Source of the DNA: Acidimicrobiales bacterium
GTDB lineage: Bacteria; Actinomycetota; Acidimicrobiia; Acidimicrobiales; Ilumatobacteraceae
NCBI GenBank assembly: GCA_038321235.1
Contig: JBBQEU010000001.1
Location: forward strand, 51,698-115,697
Reading direction: 5' to 3'
Length of the DNA stretch: 64,000 bases
How positions within the stretch are numbered: the first letter of the stretch is position 1; every line of letters starts with the position of its first letter. Of the stretch, positions 62,731-64,000 are shown one piece after another. Made by a program: the position numbers and the translations under genes. Below the pieces are notes generated by a model. That model saw nothing but the letters and a program-made list of their open reading frames with translations, was not told the DNA's origin and ran no database searches.

Positions 62731-63584
62731 CCGGCCGATGCGGGCGAGCCGGGGATGGCGACGGGTCCGACCGGGGTGATCTCGGCCATGGCCGGCACGT
62801 CGGGCGACGTGAAGTCGTACGTGCCCGCTTCGAGTTCGGCGAACACCGGCGACTCTTCCGAGCACCAGGTCTCGTACTCGTCGGCCCATTCTTCACTGGT
62901 CGGATCGGCGCCGCCGAGCGTGTATCGCTCGTGGCACACCACAGCGACGATCTCGTACTGGGTCAACTGGCCGGAGAATGCCGGCATGACGCCACGCTGG
63001 CCGGTGACGTGAGGCCCGCCCTCGCGGTCGGGGTTGCCGTAGATGTCGACCCCGCCGGCGTTGTAGCCCTCGGTGCCGTAATAGACGTAGCGGATCTGGT
63101 CCTCGATGTGCGGGAACGTCTGGAGCACCGATCCACCGGAGAACGCATACCCGAGGCCGCCACCGCCGCCGGCACCGTGACAGCTGGCGCAGCTGCTGTA
63201 GATCTCGGTGCCGATGCCGAGTGGGCCTTCGATCACCTCGGGCGGTTCGGTGACGGCACGCACGTACATGAAACCCCACAACGGCATCAGGCTGAGTGTG
63301 GCCATTGCCCAGAACGGGATCTTTCGGCGCTGCTTGGCTGCCTGCACGTAGACCGGGTCGGGCTTGGGTGGCGGGGGAGCAGCCGGAGTCGGAGCCGCCG
63401 TGCGAGCTGGCGGACCCGACGCTGCCGGCGTGGTCGTGGCTGGCGTCGTGGCGGACGTGGTGGCCGGTACGTTCGAGCCGGCGGCAGCGTCGCTGGGCGC
63501 ATCGGCGGCGGCCTCGCCACCCTGGCCGACAGCGGAGCGCCGCTCGCGCGACCGCTTCAGGAGATGTTCGGGGATCTCGGTCAC
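62727..63584 (-). CDS. membrane-anchored monoheme cytochrome c
   Basis: 285 aa from GTG 63584. A Pro/Thr/Ala-rich N-terminal region is followed by one TM helix (IPFWAMATLSLMPLWGFMYV) and heme motif SCASCHG with downstream VMPAF (Met ligand). Confidence 0.65.
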   Translation of the reverse strand: MTEIPEHLLKRSRERRSAVGQGGEAAADAPSDAAAGSNVPATTSATTPATTTPAASGPPARTAAPTPAAPPPPKPDPVYVQAAKQRRKIPFWAMATLSLMPLWGFMYVRAVTEPPEVIEGPLGIGTEIYSSCASCHGAGGGGGLGYAFSGGSVLQTFPHIEDQIRYVYYGTEGYNAGGVDIYGNPDREGGPHVTGQRGVMPAFSGQLTQYEIVAVVCHERYTLGGADPTSEEWADEYETWCSEESPVFAELEAGTYDFTSPDVPAMAEITPVGPVAIPGSPASAG

Positions 63585-63814
63585 GTTGCAAATGATAGAT
63601 GGCGGTGGACACGAACTGGGAATCTGCTGCCGGATCGTTCGCGATGCACTTACGCACAACCTCGCGAACTCGCGTGACTTGCGTGCCAGACTTCGTACAT
63701 CTGACGCCGACGACTACAGTTCGTCGAGGAATATCCCGGGCCATCGGCCACTCGGTGTACCGATTGGTCCGGGCGCAACCGACAGACTCCACCACGACAG
63801 GAACGTCCGCACAC

Positions 63815-64000
63815 ATGATCGCAATCGCCCCACTCGAGTGGCCAGGGATGAATCAGGCCTTCCTGACGGCACTCGTCGCGACGCTCGTGTTGTCGTTCGC
63901 GATCATTCCCTACGGTAAGCGTCGTCCGGTCGGAACCACCTTCTCGTGGGGCGAGGCGATGCTCGCCTCGACGTATCTGTTCGGCGTGCTGTTCCTGGCC
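63815..64000 (+). CDS. hypothetical membrane protein, 3' end cut by window edge
   Basis: I translated the open frame from ATG 63815 myself: MIAIAPLEWPGMNQAFLTALVATLVLSFAIIPYGKRRPVGTTFSWGEAMLASTYLFGVLFLA. It shows two hydrophobic helices and is not in the ORF track because no stop falls inside the window. Confidence 0.35.
   Translation, partial: MIAIAPLEWPGMNQAFLTALVATLVLSFAIIPYGKRRPVGTTFSWGEAMLASTYLFGVLFLA

Overview
This is a 64-kb, high-G+C chromosomal segment (roughly two-thirds G+C by eye, not computed). The gene content looks actinobacterial, possibly Acidimicrobiia-like, but that is a low-confidence inference from content alone. Both strands are densely coding. I call 47 CDS and one tRNA-Pro(CGG). 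I saw no rRNA, CRISPR array, transposase or integrase.

Most genes are housekeeping:
- selA/selB
- a paired ArsA/Get3-like ATPase locus
- ask and asd
- kynureninase
- a MhuD-like monooxygenase
- coaA-hisN
- map
- a polyprenyl synthase
- trkAH
- a MenJ-like reductase
- cytochromes c

The more accessory-looking parts are:
1. A co-directional block at 11.8-19.3 kb. It holds a metallophosphoesterase translationally coupled to a 1273-aa GMC-oxidoreductase/Cys-type alpha/beta-hydrolase fusion. These are followed by a NERD-like/SF1-helicase protein and a small MazG-type pyrophosphohydrolase. The helicase-MazG pair is my best candidate for an undescribed defence-type module.
2. A YtrA-type GntR plus membrane-protein cassette bracketed by 48-bp direct repeats immediately downstream of asd.
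3. A 2724-aa LPXTG-anchored subtilase. It is divergent from a STAND regulator whose SARP DNA-binding module sits at the C-terminus, with an 11-bp-periodic direct repeat in the shared intergenic region.
4. A DEAD-box helicase fused to a cold-shock domain.
5. An orphan WXG100 gene with a three-arm palindromic leader.
6. An orphan gamma-class N6-adenine DNA methyltransferase.
7. Two families of dispersed palindromic (REP-like) elements.

All functional calls rest on motif recognition in the supplied translations; no database search was run. Many long antisense ORFs in the track were rejected as high-GC artefacts.
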